The position numbers and the translations under genes were made by a program. From contig CM069145.1 of assembly GCA_035221665.1 (NCBI GenBank), forward strand, positions 32,178,001-32,242,000: a stretch of DNA of 64,000 nucleotides, written 5' to 3'. Source of the DNA: Okamejei kenojei (lineage: Eukaryota). Below the pieces are notes generated by a model. It did no database searches and was not told the DNA's origin. It saw only the letters and a program-made list of their open reading frames with translations. Positions 61,830-64,000 of this stretch are shown here, in pieces (the stretch's first letter is position 1; the number at the start of each line of letters is the position of its first letter).

Positions 61830-62760
61830 TCAAACGGAACCCAAAACAGCATGCCCAAAACCTTGCACTGCCAGGACAGGTTTGTCATAAAACTTTGAGA
61901 AGGTCGACTCCCTAGACCATCCTGCGGCCCCGAGGATTTGATCTAGAGGCACGTCCTTGTGCCTTAGCTGCGGATGTTGATGCCGCCCTGGTGGAGTGAG
62001 TTTTAAACACATGAGTGTCTACTCCAGAACAATCCAAAACCTGTTTCAACCATCTAGAAATAGTTTGTGCTGACACCTTTTTATGAGTTTTTTTGTGGCT
62101 GATGAGCATTGCTGTTTCAAAGCCTCTGAGACTCTTAGTTACCTCGATATATTGACTCAGGTGCGTAACTGCACATAGCCTTTGGTCAACGGGGTATGCT
62201 TTAAAGCTTACTTTGGTTCCGGCCATACCTGGCCTGCTTTGTTTGATTAAATCATATACATAATATGTCATATTATCTGCAGAAGAATACATGCTATCCA
62301 GCCGTAGCATTTGCAACATTTGAACCCATTGCGCTGATTCTAGCGCCATGAGCATAATCACTTTAAGTGTTAACTTCTGAAAAGATAGTGATGTGATTGG
62401 AGCCCATTGCCGAAGCAGTGTGAGAACTATACTCACATCCCAGATTTCTGTATATCTAGGCTTAGGAGGGTTTTTGTTAAAGATACTTCTCATAAATTGG
62501 GACACTAGCGGATGAGACCCGATAGATTGTTGTTCTGAAAATTGCCCTAAATAGGAGGATAAAGCACTCCGAGCACTATTAATGGCAATATAGCTCAAGT
62601 GTTCATCAAAATGCAATGTAGCAAGGAACTCCAATACATCCCGTCTGCTTGCAGTATGATAAGATATATCTGACTGCAAGCAAAACATCTCCCATTTCTT
62701 AATATGAGACACATATTGTTTTTTAGTGCTATCTCTCCAAGCTGCAGTAATCACATCCAC
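61830..62760 (-). pseudogene. DIRS tyrosine recombinase, disabled
   Basis: HSTRAAS, AAGW, TFSKFY motifs. Expected first catalytic Arg appears as W (SAQWVQ). Frameshift before the C-terminal GW/Tyr segment. Confidence 0.88.
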
Positions 62761-64000
62761 GGTCCTACTCGACAGTCTTGGAACGGTCTGGTCAGAATCT
62801 GCAGATTAACAGATTAATATGATCAAGTAACGGATGACTTTCTCCTGTTACCGGATGAACCAACAAATGACTGCACTTGGGGACAGTCATGAATGGCTGA
62901 GTCATCATTCTCAGGACCAATGGGAACCATGGCTGTGTAGGCCAGTCAGGAACCACCAGAAGACCTGAGGCGGAGTCCTGCTCTATTTTGGTGAGACATT
63001 GCCTGATGAGGCAGAATGGGGGAAAAGAATGTACGTCCCCAATGTAGCGAGAATGCATCCACCGCTACTGCTCCTGGATCTGGTTCCCACGAAACGTAAT
63101 TAGGCAACTGGTGATTTAGCCTGGATGCAAACAGATCTATGTCTGGCAAACCATACCGGCTGACATGGTTAGCATCCACTCTATGTTGTCATTAAATTTC
63201 CGTGACCTGGTGTCCGCCACCACATTATCTCTACCTGGTAGGTAGATAGCTGAGACCCAGATATTTCTGGAAATGCACCAGTCCCAAATGAGGTTAGCCA
63301 GATTATAACATGGTACTGACCTAATTCCTCCCATGTGATTGATATAAGCAACAGCCATGGTATTGTCAATCTGGAGCTGAACATGTAAATCATTCATTGC
63401 TGAACAATATGCTTTTAGCCCATAGAATGCACCCAGCAATTCTAAGTAATTTATACCATGCCTCTGCAGGATTAATTCCTCTTGCACACTCCATCTACCA
63501 CCACAGCTAGACTCGCTATCCATGGCTCCCCATCCCAAAGCACTGACATCTGTTTGTAAAATCACTGAAGGTTGTTGAGTCAAAATATTTTTGGTACTTC
63601 ATGAGATATTGATTATCCACCATTGCAATTCGGTGATGGCTTTGGCTGGCAACTGCTTTGGTCTGTCGAAATGACCTGCATGTTCTTTAAGTGCATGTTC
63701 TCTAGCTCATTGCAAACTCTGATAGTGCAGAGGTCCAAATTGCATTGCAGGGAAAGCCGCCACTAATTTACCAATAACACTGGCTACTTGCCGGATGGAG
63801 GGTTGTTGCTCCTCTACGAGACTGCCACAAACCTCCATGATTTCAACAGCCTTGGCCGTAGGCAAAGTCACTGACATATCAATTGAATCAATGACAAATC
63901 CCAAATAGTCAATTATTTGGGATGGTACTAGCTTGGATTTTGTTGGATGGATGAGGAAACCTAATCTCTGAAATAGGTGTTTGGTTGCTGAATCCCACTC

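Larger units (their letters stand above)
61306..64000 (-). mobile_element. DIRS1-type tyrosine-recombinase retrotransposon, 3' part (continues past the window)
   Basis: Order RT C-terminus, RNase H (QTDVSALGWG, INYLEL, IDN, N..AD), MTase-like domain (DLFAS...FPPF...PDWPTQPW), YR, then ICR and terminal repeat. Confidence 0.93.

Overview
Eukaryotic, transposon-dense genomic DNA with two assembly gaps and no intact host gene that I can support. The repeat inventory (HE1-type V-SINEs, HER1/CR1 LINEs, Penelope terminal repeats) points to a cartilaginous fish, probably a skate or ray (inference). Elements present: a CsRn1-clade Gypsy relic, several CR1 LINEs, three related non-autonomous Helitrons, Rex1/Babar, L1, Tx1-like and Vingi LINE fragments, Harbinger and hAT-like MITEs, an IR/DR Tc1 transposon, a young Neptune-type Penelope element (open RT + GIY-YIG ORF, 12-bp TSD) and the 3' part of a DIRS1 element. 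The best find is a disabled copy of the host gene FAM110C (58279-59335, minus) inside a 2.39-kb TIR-bounded element with a target-site duplication, i.e. a candidate Pack-type gene-capture transposon. Also notable: hammerhead-ribozyme-like cores in Penelope termini that move as ~100-220-bp TSD-flanked mini and palindromic elements, a perfect composite DR2/DR0 (DR8) retinoic-acid response element at 31823-31842, and a perfect 64-bp inverted duplication. Family assignments come from motif recognition and recalled sequences, not database searches. Boundaries of decayed repeats are approximate.
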